This document shows positions 63,983 through 64,000 of a stretch of DNA of 64,000 nucleotides, one piece after another. The notes beneath the pieces were generated by a model. That model searched no databases, was not told where the DNA came from, and worked only from the letters and a program-made list of their open reading frames with translations. The stretch lies in assembly GCA_001791325.1 (NCBI GenBank), contig MGEK01000039.1, positions 1,175-65,174 of the forward strand, in the 5' to 3' direction. The position numbers and the translations under genes are program-made. Positions within the stretch are counted from its first letter, which is position 1. Each line of letters starts with the position of its first letter. The stretch comes from Candidatus Uhrbacteria bacterium RIFCSPLOWO2_01_FULL_47_25 (GTDB lineage Bacteria > Patescibacteriota > Patescibacteriia > GWA2-46-9).

Positions 63983-64000
63983 TCTGTATACTAAATAATA

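Noticed and set aside
1-64000. tRNA, rRNA, tmRNA, RNase P or SRP RNA genes.
   Set aside because: No cloverleaf-like or rRNA-like segments were recognised by eye in the non-coding gaps. This is not a rigorous exclusion, and tRNAscan-SE/Infernal should be run.

Overview
This 64 kb window looks like a small, streamlined bacterial chromosome segment, possibly from a Patescibacteria/CPR-like genome. That lineage guess is an inference from gene content and cannot be confirmed here.

Contents, in order along the window:
- **1–15.7 kb:** nucleotide housekeeping genes (HD hydrolase, RdgB/Ham1, two NUDIX hydrolases), secA, a SpeA-like decarboxylase, hpf, and a cell-wall block of murB–murC–murG–ftsW–mraY. 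All are on the minus strand.
- **15.75–27.35 kb:** an AT-rich accessory island of short minus-strand ORFs with diverse or unknown functions. Between the ORFs lie at least eight copies of a modular, palindrome-rich repeat. The repeat carries integron-attC-like core boxes (GCCTAAC near one end, CTGTTAKGCGATGT at the other) and shows compensatory base changes in its stems. A divergently transcribed tyrosine recombinase abuts the array. I interpret this as an integron-like gene-cassette array with a non-canonical, Xer-like (short) integrase. It is the most interesting feature in the window.
- **27.4–32.8 kb:** a type IV pilus assembly operon (pilB, pilC, pilM, pilN, pilO).
- **32.8–43.4 kb:** a NifU-like protein, rpmA, pyrG, rplI, a C-terminal processing protease, murA, a PEGA-domain protein and rfbABCD.
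- **43.5–48.2 kb:** a visibly GC-richer block holding a large fused FGAM synthase (purL) and a 5' remnant of purD, flanked by a duplicated promoter-like repeat.
- **48.3–63.9 kb:** a HIT protein, a glycosylation cluster (GT39-like, GT4, GT2, UXS, GtrA, large polytopic membrane proteins), an intact IS1595-family element with inverted repeats and an 8-bp target duplication, and an S8 subtilase.

Other points of note are two copies of a GC-rich structured element with covariation (upstream of secA and of mraY), a recurring palindrome family (core CATACTATATAGTATG), and several leader or terminator hairpins. I recognised no rRNA, tRNA or CRISPR array.
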